Origin: a bacterium
GTDB lineage: Bacteria > Zhuqueibacterota > Zhuqueibacteria > Residuimicrobiales > Krinioviventaceae
Length of the DNA stretch: 64,000 nucleotides
Assembly (NCBI GenBank): GCA_963675755.2
Contig: CAXXMD010000002.1
Span: 32,001-96,000 of the forward strand
Direction of reading: 5' to 3'
Part shown: in pieces, positions 19,300 through 28,005 of the stretch
Position numbering within the stretch: position 1 is the first letter of the stretch
Layout of the letters: each line of letters begins with the position of its first letter
Made by a program: the position numbers and the translations under genes
Notes under the pieces: generated by a model
The model's database searches: none
What the model was told of the DNA's origin: nothing
What the model saw: the letters and a program-made list of their open reading frames with translations, nothing else

Positions 19300-20583
19300 A
19301 TGAAAAGGAAACTCACCTTGACGGTTGTTTGCGTTATGTTTGTAACAGGTTTGTATGCGCAATCCACTACATTGACATTACCTACATCAGATAATACCAG
19401 TAATTTCAATGTTGCAAATACCAGTGCAACTATTATGAATCTAAATGGGGATGCGGGATTTTATCTTGGTGGTACAGTGGGAACTGGTACAATTCCAATA
19501 GAAGGTGAAGGAGCCCGGTTAATGTGGTATCCCAAAAAATCCGCTTTCAGAGTAGGCTATGATTTGAATGACAACTGGAATGATACTGAAATTGGTGATT
19601 ATTCCGTTGCAATGGGGTATGATACTAAAGCCGGTGGCTTGGCTTCAACATCTTTGGGACTTGCTTCAAAAGCTGATGGAAATTATTCATGTGCAATTGG
19701 ATATAATGCAAATGCAACTGGTGATTATTCATTTTCTGTCGGTATAAGTTTAACCGCTAGCGGCTCTGTGGCTACTGCTTTTGGAGGAATGAATACTGCA
19801 AGTGGCAATGGTTCTTCTGTTTTTGGTGGATTTAATACTGCAAGCGGAGATTATTCTTTTGCTTTCGGGAATGCAAATACTGCAAGTGGCAATTATTCAA
19901 CAGTTACCGGATACACTTGTACTGCACAGGCATATGCTTCACTCGTTTTGGGACGTTATAATATTGTTGAAGGTACAACAGACAGTTGGGTCGATACGGA
20001 ACCCGTCCTGGTAGTTGGAAATGGAACCAGTACTTCTTCACGTTCAAATGCATTTACCTTGTTGAAAAACGGAAGTTTGACCATTGCCGGATCCTTGTCG
20101 CAGAATTCTGATCGCCGGTTAAAAACTGATATAGTACCGCTTTTCGATGCTTTATCCTCTATTGAACAGATCACACCGGTTTATTATAAATTCAAAGATA
20201 CAAAAAATCATCCGGCCAATCGCCAGATCGGTTTCATTGCACAGGAAATTGAGCCTTTTTATCCCGAACTGATTAGCAGAGATGCTAATGGTACACTCTC
20301 GGTGGACTATGGTAAAATGTCTGCGGTACTATTGCAGGCAATCAAGGAACAGCAGGTTTTGATAGCAGAAAAAAACAGTGAACTTGAATCAGCAAAGGCC
20401 AGAATTACGGAACTCGAGAAAACCCGGATAGAACAGAACAACCTTGCTTCGGCACAGCAAAATTCCATATCCGTTTTAACTGAAAAATTGGCTGCTATAG
20501 AAACGAAAATAAATGAAATTGAAAATTATTATTCTCAGATGAGTTATGCAGACATTTCATCGAAGGATGGAGCAGATAAATGA
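19300..20583 (+). CDS. Secreted fibre/adhesin with YadA-like head repeats, S74 intramolecular chaperone and coiled coil
   Basis: Signal peptide; 14-aa A.G.YS.A.G..NT repeats; SDRRLK.DI, IGFIAQEIE..YPEL, VDYGKM...L.QAIKEQQ; AGGAGG RBS. Confidence 0.88.
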   Translation: MKRKLTLTVVCVMFVTGLYAQSTTLTLPTSDNTSNFNVANTSATIMNLNGDAGFYLGGTVGTGTIPIEGEGARLMWYPKKSAFRVGYDLNDNWNDTEIGDYSVAMGYDTKAGGLASTSLGLASKADGNYSCAIGYNANATGDYSFSVGISLTASGSVATAFGGMNTASGNGSSVFGGFNTASGDYSFAFGNANTASGNYSTVTGYTCTAQAYASLVLGRYNIVEGTTDSWVDTEPVLVVGNGTSTSSRSNAFTLLKNGSLTIAGSLSQNSDRRLKTDIVPLFDALSSIEQITPVYYKFKDTKNHPANRQIGFIAQEIEPFYPELISRDANGTLSVDYGKMSAVLLQAIKEQQVLIAEKNSELESAKARITELEKTRIEQNNLASAQQNSISVLTEKLAAIETKINEIENYYSQMSYADISSKDGADK

Positions 20584-22034
20584 AAAAAACAGTATTAATT
20601 ATAATACTCTTGACCGTTCTGTTAATTGTTCCTTATGTTTCAAGTGCACATGGCCTGTCTGTTGGATCAGGTATGACCTTGTCTCTGGGCTCATCTGTAT
20701 TAAGTCTTGGTGGAGACTGGAACAATTCCGGAACTTTTACAGCGGGCTCTGGGACTGTAGTTTTTAGCGGTGCAAGCGGCAATCAAAGTATAGCAAATAG
20801 TTCCGGCGAGAATTTTTACAATATTACGGTTAACAAAGCAGCAGATGATGTGCAGCTTTTGAATGATATAACTGTTACAGGTACATTGACTGTCACCAGT
20901 GGTGATATGGACCTGAATAGTCATGTGCTTACATTGAGCGGTGCCGGTACACTGAGCGAATCAAGCGGTAATACTGTAAAGGGAACATCCGGATATATTA
21001 CCTGTTCTAGAGATCTTGACGGCCCGTCAGGAATAAATCCTCATGGCATTGGTGTATCTATAACCAGTGCGTCAAATTTGGGCGCCACAACTCTGGTCCG
21101 TGGTCATACTGCACAGACCGGAAAAGGGAATGAAAGTATTTTTAGGTATTTTATCATAACTCCTGCTGATAATTCATCCATTAACGCTACGCTTGTTTTC
21201 AATTATGATGAGAGCGAATTGAACAATATCACAGAATCAAAGTTGATTCCTTTTGAATCTGATGATGGCGGAAGCACATGGCTGCCAACAGTTGAAAGCT
21301 TATTGGACAGTGATGCAAATACCGTAACCATTAGCGGTCTGTCTTCGCTGTATCGTTACAGTCTTGCCTCATCCAATAATCCATTAGGGCAGAACACTGT
21401 CCGTGTACAGGCCAAAATTTTTCTTGAGGGTGATTATAATCCCGGCACACATGAAATGGATGCGACAATCAATGCAAATGTTCCTTTGATTTCTCCTTAT
21501 AGTGAGGATTCCCGTTTGGCAAGCGGAATTCCGGAAGCTATTGCTGACTGGGTTTTAGTACAATTGCGTTCAACCGCCGATGGTGAAGCTATTGCTTCAA
21601 AAAGTGCTTTGCTCCGCAAGGATGGCTGCATTGTAGCGGATGACGGGATTACCGAATATATCAATTTAACTGCCAATGCCGGTAGTTATTTTCTGATTGT
21701 GAAGCACCGTAACCATCTCGCTGTTATGAGTGATGAGGTACATGCATTAAGTGAAAGCAGTTCTACGCTTTACAATTTCACAGTTGATGAATCAGTCCCT
21801 TTTGATAAATATTTTGGTGGTGAAGCGGCCCAATTGGAAACCGGTATTTATGGTATGTTCTTAGGTGACACAAATAGCAGCGGCGGGGTGAATGCAACTG
21901 ATTATTTGACCATCAAGAACCAAAGTGGTGCATCGGGATATTATAAAGAAGATAGTAATATGAATGGTGTAGTCAATGCTACCGATTATCTGACCGTAAA
22001 AACTAACAGTGGGAAAACAACCCAGATCGAATAA
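20580..22034 (+). CDS. Secreted protein with C-terminal dockerin-like Ca-binding repeats
   Basis: Signal peptide; beta-helix-like N-part; KIFLEG...DWVLVQLR...VKHRNHL domain; GDTNSSGGVNATDY / DSNMNGVVNATDY pair; overlaps the upstream stop. Confidence 0.75.
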   Translation: MKKTVLIIILLTVLLIVPYVSSAHGLSVGSGMTLSLGSSVLSLGGDWNNSGTFTAGSGTVVFSGASGNQSIANSSGENFYNITVNKAADDVQLLNDITVTGTLTVTSGDMDLNSHVLTLSGAGTLSESSGNTVKGTSGYITCSRDLDGPSGINPHGIGVSITSASNLGATTLVRGHTAQTGKGNESIFRYFIITPADNSSINATLVFNYDESELNNITESKLIPFESDDGGSTWLPTVESLLDSDANTVTISGLSSLYRYSLASSNNPLGQNTVRVQAKIFLEGDYNPGTHEMDATINANVPLISPYSEDSRLASGIPEAIADWVLVQLRSTADGEAIASKSALLRKDGCIVADDGITEYINLTANAGSYFLIVKHRNHLAVMSDEVHALSESSSTLYNFTVDESVPFDKYFGGEAAQLETGIYGMFLGDTNSSGGVNATDYLTIKNQSGASGYYKEDSNMNGVVNATDYLTVKTNSGKTTQIE

Positions 22035-22053
22035 ATTGAAAAGGGAGATACTC

Positions 22054-23163
22054 ATGAAATTATTAAAACAATATTGTCTTTTATTTATATTTATGTGCAC
22101 CGCAATAGCCGCAGCAGGTGATGTTACCGTTTCTTTGAATGGAATTAATCCTTTGACAATTAATATCAAGGGCACGAGTACTAATCAAGAAGCTGGCAGT
22201 ATCAGTATTTATCTCTATTTTCGGGATGATGAAACCACCGATCTATTGATTGGAGATGTAAATGCAGGCCAGTTGGAATCAACCTGGGGATGGGGTACTA
22301 GCTTTCGTTCACAATCTATTCAATCCGGTGGTTGGTCAAAAGGAGGATATACATTTACAAGACGTTTGTATTATGATAATGTTGATCTTGGCGATCAGAA
22401 TGATTACTGGACTACTGAAGGGATTAACGCGATTGTTTGTACATTTACAACCGTTGGAAGTGGTCATGTATTTATTGAAGTCAATGGTTCAGACGGGCTT
22501 GCTGACTGGTCTGGTACTGCTCATAATGTATTGTATGCAAATCAGGATAAAACCTTACCGGTTGAACTGACTAGTTTTACTGCTGTTCCGGTCACTGAAG
22601 GGATTCAAGTAAACTGGGCTACTGAATCTGAAGATAATAATCTGGGTTTTGTTCTCGAACGTAAAACGAAATTGGAATCTGATTTCAGTATAATTGCGTC
22701 GTATAAAACAAATCCCGGGTTGGCTGGTAAAGGTACAGTTGCAACACACAATGATTATTTTTTTATTGATAATTCAATTTTTTCAGGAGATATATGTATT
22801 TATAGATTGTCTGATGTGAACAGTTGTGGAGTAAAATCTTGTCTGGGAACAATTCAGGCTATCGCTATCAGTGAAAAGTTACCGGATAAAACAGATTTGT
22901 TACCGGCCTGGCCAAATCCTTTTAATCCGGTCACAAATATTAAATACTCTTTAGCAACGGATGGAAATGTGAATCTTGTAGTGTATGACATCATGGGACG
23001 TGTTGTAACAACACTATTGCAGGAGAAACAACAAGCGGGTCAATATACATGCATCTGGAGTGGTACAACTGATGGGGGAGGTGCTGCTCCCAGTGGTGTA
23101 TATTTTATTCTATTAAGGACTGAAAATTTATCAAGATCACAAAAAGTGGTTCTGGTTAAATAA
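22054..23163 (+). CDS. Secreted protein with PVEL-Ig linker and FlgD-Ig/T9SS-type CTD
   Basis: Signal peptide; LPVELTSF, W.TESE.NNLGF, PNPFNP.T.IKY, V.L.VYDIMGR.V..L, SGVYF, KVVLVK. Confidence 0.85.
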   Translation: MKLLKQYCLLFIFMCTAIAAAGDVTVSLNGINPLTINIKGTSTNQEAGSISIYLYFRDDETTDLLIGDVNAGQLESTWGWGTSFRSQSIQSGGWSKGGYTFTRRLYYDNVDLGDQNDYWTTEGINAIVCTFTTVGSGHVFIEVNGSDGLADWSGTAHNVLYANQDKTLPVELTSFTAVPVTEGIQVNWATESEDNNLGFVLERKTKLESDFSIIASYKTNPGLAGKGTVATHNDYFFIDNSIFSGDICIYRLSDVNSCGVKSCLGTIQAIAISEKLPDKTDLLPAWPNPFNPVTNIKYSLATDGNVNLVVYDIMGRVVTTLLQEKQQAGQYTCIWSGTTDGGGAAPSGVYFILLRTENLSRSQKVVLVK

Positions 23164-23205
23164 CGTTTTTGCTATTATCTGTAATTGTTTCCTGAAACAT
23201 CTTGA

Positions 23206-23249
23206 TTATACAACGGGATGAATAGAATTTGGTTCACCCCGTTGTATAA
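23206..23249. terminator. Long hairpin between convergent genes
   Basis: TTATACAACGGGATGAA / TTCACCCCGTTGTATAA near-perfect inverted repeat. Confidence 0.6.
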
Positions 23250-23281
23250 AAGATTTATTTAAAGGTTAAAACTCGGGTATA

Positions 23282-23944
23282 CTAGGCTGAAATTACTGCC
23301 GATGGGCACAATTCTTTGATAGGGCAAATATCGCATTTGGGCTTACGTGCGTAACAAACATTACGTCCCAAATGGAGGAAATTCATGTGCAGGGAGTAGG
23401 ATTTACCCTTGGGAACCAATGGCTGCATCATGTGATGTGTTTTTTCGGCGGTGGCGTTTTCAGGTACAAGTCCCAACCGTTTGCATATACGATGGACATG
23501 TGTATCCACCGGAAAAATATCTACACCGCAAGTGAACATGAGCACAACGCTGACCGTTTTAATGCCTACGCCCTTGAGCTGAATGAATGTATCGATCACT
23601 TCTTGCGGGTTCATATCGCATAAAAAATCCAGGTCAAAGGTTCCATAGGTATCATATACCCAGCGTAACACATCTTTGATACGCACACTCTTTTGATTGC
23701 CGAGACCGGCAGGTCGTATGGCATCTGCAATTTCTGTTGCAGGTGCGTTCATGACAGCTTCCCAATCGTCAAAACGGTTTTTTAAGCGTTCATATGCCGT
23801 ATCACGGTTTTTATCGTTGGTACTTTGCGATAAAATGGTTAATATTAGGCTGCCCAAGGGTTTACCTCGACCCTCAAATTCAGGTATGCCAAAGGCATTT
23901 TCTAATCGTTCTGTAATCTGTTGTGTTTTTGTAATGGAGTCCAT
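23282..23944 (-). CDS. nth: Endonuclease III (HhH-GPD glycosylase with 4Fe-4S cluster)
   Basis: LSQSTND, LKGVGIKT, FPVDTHVHRI, C-x6-C-x2-C-x5-C. Confidence 0.9.
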   Translation of the reverse strand: MDSITKTQQITERLENAFGIPEFEGRGKPLGSLILTILSQSTNDKNRDTAYERLKNRFDDWEAVMNAPATEIADAIRPAGLGNQKSVRIKDVLRWVYDTYGTFDLDFLCDMNPQEVIDTFIQLKGVGIKTVSVVLMFTCGVDIFPVDTHVHRICKRLGLVPENATAEKTHHMMQPLVPKGKSYSLHMNFLHLGRNVCYARKPKCDICPIKELCPSAVISA

Positions 23945-23947
23945 TTT

Positions 23948-24418
23948 ATGAAGTTTCCTACAAAGTATATTACTACTGCAGCAATAATAGGCGCGCTTTA
24001 CGCGGCCCTGACTATAGTACTGGCACCCATTAGTTATGGTCCAATTCAGGTTCGTATATCAGAAGCGTTAACCGTATTACCGTTTCTGTTTCCACAGGCA
24101 ATCCCCGGATTGTTTCTGGGCTGCATGGTGGCCAATATCTTTGGCGGTTTTGGCCCTATTGATATTTTTGCGGGCAGTTTTTTAACGTTGGTTGCCGCCA
24201 TGTTAACCTGGTGGCTGCGACGTACCAACAAGCCATGGTTGGCTCCCTTGCCACCGGTGCTGGTTAATGCTTTTGGTGTTAGTGTATATGTTTCAATTTT
24301 GGCAGGTGTCCCATATTGGGTGTTGGTATTTCAAATCGGTTTGGGACAACTCGCAGCCTGTTACGGGCTGGGTCTGCCGTTGTTATACGCGCTTAAAAAG
24401 CGATTTAAACAAAATTGA
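23948..24418 (+). CDS. queT: QueT-family transporter (queuosine precursor ECF S-component-like)
   Basis: AAIIGALYAALT...PISYGPIQVRISEAL..LP...AIPGL.LGC..AN. Confidence 0.88.
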   Translation: MKFPTKYITTAAIIGALYAALTIVLAPISYGPIQVRISEALTVLPFLFPQAIPGLFLGCMVANIFGGFGPIDIFAGSFLTLVAAMLTWWLRRTNKPWLAPLPPVLVNAFGVSVYVSILAGVPYWVLVFQIGLGQLAACYGLGLPLLYALKKRFKQN

Positions 24419-24716
24419 TTCTAGCTTCCGGGGGAAGCAGCTTCTTTATAGAAGACGCAAATTGTTGGTCTGTAATGCCTATCACAGCAACTTCTCTGTC
24501 AAATAATACTCTAAATTGTTGTTTATCTGCATATTCATATGCAGAGATTTTGACCGGTTTTCCAAACAGTTTGCTGATTTTGTCTGATGCATCTGTTGCA
24601 ATCAATAAAAGATAAACCTGGTTACGGTCTAATGCTTTTTGGACTGCCGATCTTCCGATAACAATTCTACCAGCTTTTTTGGCAAAACCAACCAAAGTAA
24701 AAATTTGATCATTCAT
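24405..24716 (-). CDS. L7Ae/L30e-like RNA-binding protein (YlxQ-like)
   Basis: LVGFAKKAGRIVIG, LLLIATDAS, VAVIGITD..FA. Confidence 0.8.
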   Translation of the reverse strand: MNDQIFTLVGFAKKAGRIVIGRSAVQKALDRNQVYLLLIATDASDKISKLFGKPVKISAYEYADKQQFRVLFDREVAVIGITDQQFASSIKKLLPPEARINFV

Positions 24717-24990
24717 TTTTTAATCCATTCAAAAGTTGAGATCCTGCATCCGTATTCAGATGTCTTCGCAGAGACCTCTCGAATGCCCTGGTTTTTACGG
24801 CTTTTTCCAGGCATGCCATATTATTACATATATACGCACCGCGTCCATTCATTTTCTGTGCAGTATCAGCGGTTAAATTTCCAGTATTATCGCTTACTAT
24901 TCTTAAAAGATTGTGTTTTTCCGTTTTACGTCGACATGCAATGCATGTTCGTTGCGGGATATGTTTCATTTCTGTTGACATCATATTCAC
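24709..24990 (-). CDS. ylxR: YlxR/RnpM-family RNA-binding protein
   Basis: HIPQRTCIACR...K..LLRIV, GRGAYIC...CLEKA.K.RAFERSL. Confidence 0.9.
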   Translation of the reverse strand: MNMMSTEMKHIPQRTCIACRRKTEKHNLLRIVSDNTGNLTADTAQKMNGRGAYICNNMACLEKAVKTRAFERSLRRHLNTDAGSQLLNGLKNE

Positions 24991-25538
24991 CAGGGTTTTA
25001 CCAGTATTTCACGTACGCGAATATCAAAAAAACGGTTTGATGATTCTGCCGCTACTATCATTGCGGTATCTGCTCCTTTGGCGGTACCTGCTACTGTAAT
25101 AATATCACTGGGGGGGACCAGTCCGGCGTCACAGACCATTGCGGCCATTTCAATTCCCACTTTGACACCTTGACCTACCATGCGAAGAGATTTGTTAACA
25201 AGCTCTTCCTGAGAATAGCCAAATGATTTACGAATGGCTGAACCCTGGTTACGTAACACCATGGTACCGGTATGTACTGTGATCCCGGTTTTTATTAGTG
25301 TTTTCCGAATTTCATCATCAAATTGCTGTTCACCGCTTTTGGCAAAACCAGTATTGTGCGTAACAATGATTACTTTAACATCATCAGGCGAATGAAAATC
25401 CAATACTGCTTTTGCAGTATCACCTGTTGTAGATGCTATAACAATATATTCAATACCTTTTGATTTTGCTTCTTTGAAAGCAATTTCAATGGTTTGAGTT
25501 GTGTTCTCTGGTCCGCTTTTTTGAAAAGTAATGCTCAT
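24987..25538 (-). CDS. Pyruvate-kinase C-terminal alpha/beta-like protein (MTH1675/DUF1867-like)
   Basis: F.K.G.ENT..T, VIASTTGDTA, VTH..GF, LR..GQGVKV..E...M.CDAG, AGT..GADTA. Confidence 0.8.
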   Translation of the reverse strand: MSITFQKSGPENTTQTIEIAFKEAKSKGIEYIVIASTTGDTAKAVLDFHSPDDVKVIIVTHNTGFAKSGEQQFDDEIRKTLIKTGITVHTGTMVLRNQGSAIRKSFGYSQEELVNKSLRMVGQGVKVGIEMAAMVCDAGLVPPSDIITVAGTAKGADTAMIVAAESSNRFFDIRVREILVKPW

Positions 25539-25758
25539 TATTCAATCTTGAAAATTAGTAAACATCAATGTAGTGTTTGTTGTTAATATTATCAAGTAAA
25601 ATACTATTTTGTCGACATTATGGGACACGTTTTAAATAATGTGTGGAGTAGAATATAGAATCCTAAAAAAAGTGTTGCTTTTAATGGACATTGTTTTTAC
25701 ATTCATAAAATTCAATAGGTTATATGCTATAATACGGTGTATATGACAGGATGCAAAC

Positions 25759-26892
25759 ATGTCCGATAACAAAATACCAGAGAATGGTCCTGTTTCAGAA
25801 CAGCAATTGCAAAATTCAGAATTACAGGCCCTTTTAAATTTTCAAACCGAAATTTTTAATTCATTGCCTGCCCACCTTGTTGTCATTGATGATGAGTATA
25901 ATATTTTAAATTATAATCAAGCTGTTGCTGAAATGGCAGGCAACAAGAGTGTTGTTGGCAAAAATCTTTTTGTTTCATTAGAGTTTTATCAGTCTGAAGC
26001 TTTGAACAAAGTTTTGACTGATTTTATTAATAGCAATAAAACAGTTATTCATATAACATTAGATCATCCACACAAGATGGGTGAAAAATATGTCCATTCT
26101 ATATCCAGATTAAAAGACATTGCTGGTCTGAAAGCTTTTCTGTTGCATTCGACATTGTATGATGGCCAAGACAACAATCAGCTAAATGATTTTATTCAGG
26201 ATAAATTTATAAGCCTTGGCGCTTTTGCCGGTAAAGTAGCGCATGATATAAATAATCCGCTATCAGTAATTCTTACACGAATCGATTTTTTACAATCTAT
26301 GGACCTGGAAAATGCCATTGAAGAGGGTGATGTTGAAATCGTTGAAGAGATAGGTATTATTCAACGCCAGGCTCAGAGGATTTTTGATATATTAGATAAA
26401 ATTGGTGCATTGCAGATGCATGCAAAAGAAGTACCGGCAGAATGTGATGTAACTGAAATTGTGACCCGTGCTGTTACCATTTCTGAATTTCAGCGTCCCC
26501 ATAAAACAGTGCATGCTGTTAAAGAGCTAACAGAAGGATTGCCCCGAATGGTTTGTAATGAAATAAAACTTGAACGGGCTATTAATGAATTGTTAAAAAA
26601 TGCATTTGAAGCGGTTAGTGAAAAGGGGGATGTATCTATTAAATTAACCTTTGAAGAACCTGAATACCGTCTTGAAATTAAAGACAGTGGTCCTGGAATA
26701 CCACCCGAAGATATCGGCAAGGTTTTTGATCCGTTTTTTACTACCAAACAAGGTGTAAAAGGAGCAGGTTTGGGATTAACAATAGCATATGCTGCCGCAC
26801 TTGCTCATAATGGTCGTATTGAAATAAATAGTGTTCCCGAATCAGGTACAACCATGACCCTGGTTTTGAAACGTAATTCAGTAAATGAATAA
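25759..26892 (+). CDS. Cytoplasmic PAS sensor histidine kinase (NtrB-like)
   Basis: VAHDINNPL, NELLKNA, DSGPGI, FDPFFTTK, GAGLGL; no TM segment. Confidence 0.92.
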   Translation: MSDNKIPENGPVSEQQLQNSELQALLNFQTEIFNSLPAHLVVIDDEYNILNYNQAVAEMAGNKSVVGKNLFVSLEFYQSEALNKVLTDFINSNKTVIHITLDHPHKMGEKYVHSISRLKDIAGLKAFLLHSTLYDGQDNNQLNDFIQDKFISLGAFAGKVAHDINNPLSVILTRIDFLQSMDLENAIEEGDVEIVEEIGIIQRQAQRIFDILDKIGALQMHAKEVPAECDVTEIVTRAVTISEFQRPHKTVHAVKELTEGLPRMVCNEIKLERAINELLKNAFEAVSEKGDVSIKLTFEEPEYRLEIKDSGPGIPPEDIGKVFDPFFTTKQGVKGAGLGLTIAYAAALAHNGRIEINSVPESGTTMTLVLKRNSVNE

Positions 26893-26929
26893 CCAACAGG
26901 TTTTATATAAACATAAAGGTTGATTGTAG

Positions 26930-27985
26930 ATGTCAACAGTAATAGCCAATGATAAGCATGTTTCGGGTTTAATTCTTGAATTAGATCCAAAGCAGGCTGT
27001 TGAATCATTCTCTGGATCTCTTGAAAATTGTGATTCACTTTTGAGTGATATAAAGCCCGGTATGTCTTTGTCTGAAGCGTTAAAACGTCTTTGGAATGTT
27101 GATATTGAAGACATGTGTAACGATGCTTATCTGCATGGTAGAACTGCCAGTTATGAAATTCCTGTTCAGTGCAATACAGTTCAACATTGGTATTTAATTA
27201 CTGCATCACCCCGTGTAAGCAATCAAATAATAAATGGCGTATCCCTGAATGTTAGAGATAATACGCTTGTCAAACGAAATGAACGTCAGTTATTACTGCA
27301 CGATAAAATGGGGAATATTGCGCTGCTTGCGTCTCAGGTTGCACACAAGCTCAACAATCCTTTGGCAGCGGTATTGAACCATGTTGGTAGTTTGCTGGTA
27401 ACTGATTTGAGCGATGAGAATCTATTCAGAGTCAAGAGTAAACTGGAATTGATGCAGGAACAGATATATTCCATGTCTGTGATTACCAATGCACTCGTGG
27501 CATTCAGTAAAGAATCCGGAGTAAATTTTAGGTCTCTGGATGTAAATGAGATTGTTCAAAAATCAGTTGAACTGTCTCATTTACTTCAAATAAAGAGTAA
27601 CATCACATACCACGTAACGTTGTTACCCAATTTACCCCAAGTTTTGGGAAATGAAATTACGCTTGAACAAAGTTTTATTAATATCATTCGAAATGCCCTG
27701 GAAGCAATGCCGGATGGAGGTGAATTTACAATTACCACCAATTTGGATCCGCTTTCGAATGATTATATTTGTGTCTCTTTTCAAGATACAGGTTATGGTA
27801 TTGAAAAACAGTATCAGGATCAGGTTTTTGATCCATTTTTCAAGACCAAAGATGAAAATCATTCTGGTTTGGGTTTATCAATAAGCTATGGTATTATTGC
27901 AAATCACAACGGAAGTATTGAATTTAACAGTGAACCGGATAAAGGTACAAAAGTAACTGTACTCTTGCCGGTAAACCGTAAATAA
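26930..27985 (+). CDS. Second cytoplasmic sensor histidine kinase (NtrB-like)
   Basis: VAHKLNNPL, NIIRNALEAM, DTGYGI, FDPFFKTK, SGLGL. Confidence 0.92.
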   Translation: MSTVIANDKHVSGLILELDPKQAVESFSGSLENCDSLLSDIKPGMSLSEALKRLWNVDIEDMCNDAYLHGRTASYEIPVQCNTVQHWYLITASPRVSNQIINGVSLNVRDNTLVKRNERQLLLHDKMGNIALLASQVAHKLNNPLAAVLNHVGSLLVTDLSDENLFRVKSKLELMQEQIYSMSVITNALVAFSKESGVNFRSLDVNEIVQKSVELSHLLQIKSNITYHVTLLPNLPQVLGNEITLEQSFINIIRNALEAMPDGGEFTITTNLDPLSNDYICVSFQDTGYGIEKQYQDQVFDPFFKTKDENHSGLGLSISYGIIANHNGSIEFNSEPDKGTKVTVLLPVNRK

Positions 27986-28005
27986 AATGTTAAAGGAATA
28001 AACAC

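Noticed and set aside
19600-19960. ~42-bp periodic repeats (ACTGCAAG..G) as a CRISPR array or non-coding repeat
   Set aside because: They encode the 14-aa head repeats of the fibre protein; there are no identical repeats with unique spacers and no cas genes.
19300-20583. S74 tail-fibre gene as evidence of a prophage
   Set aside because: It has a Sec-type signal peptide, and no integrase, terminase, capsid or other phage genes are nearby.
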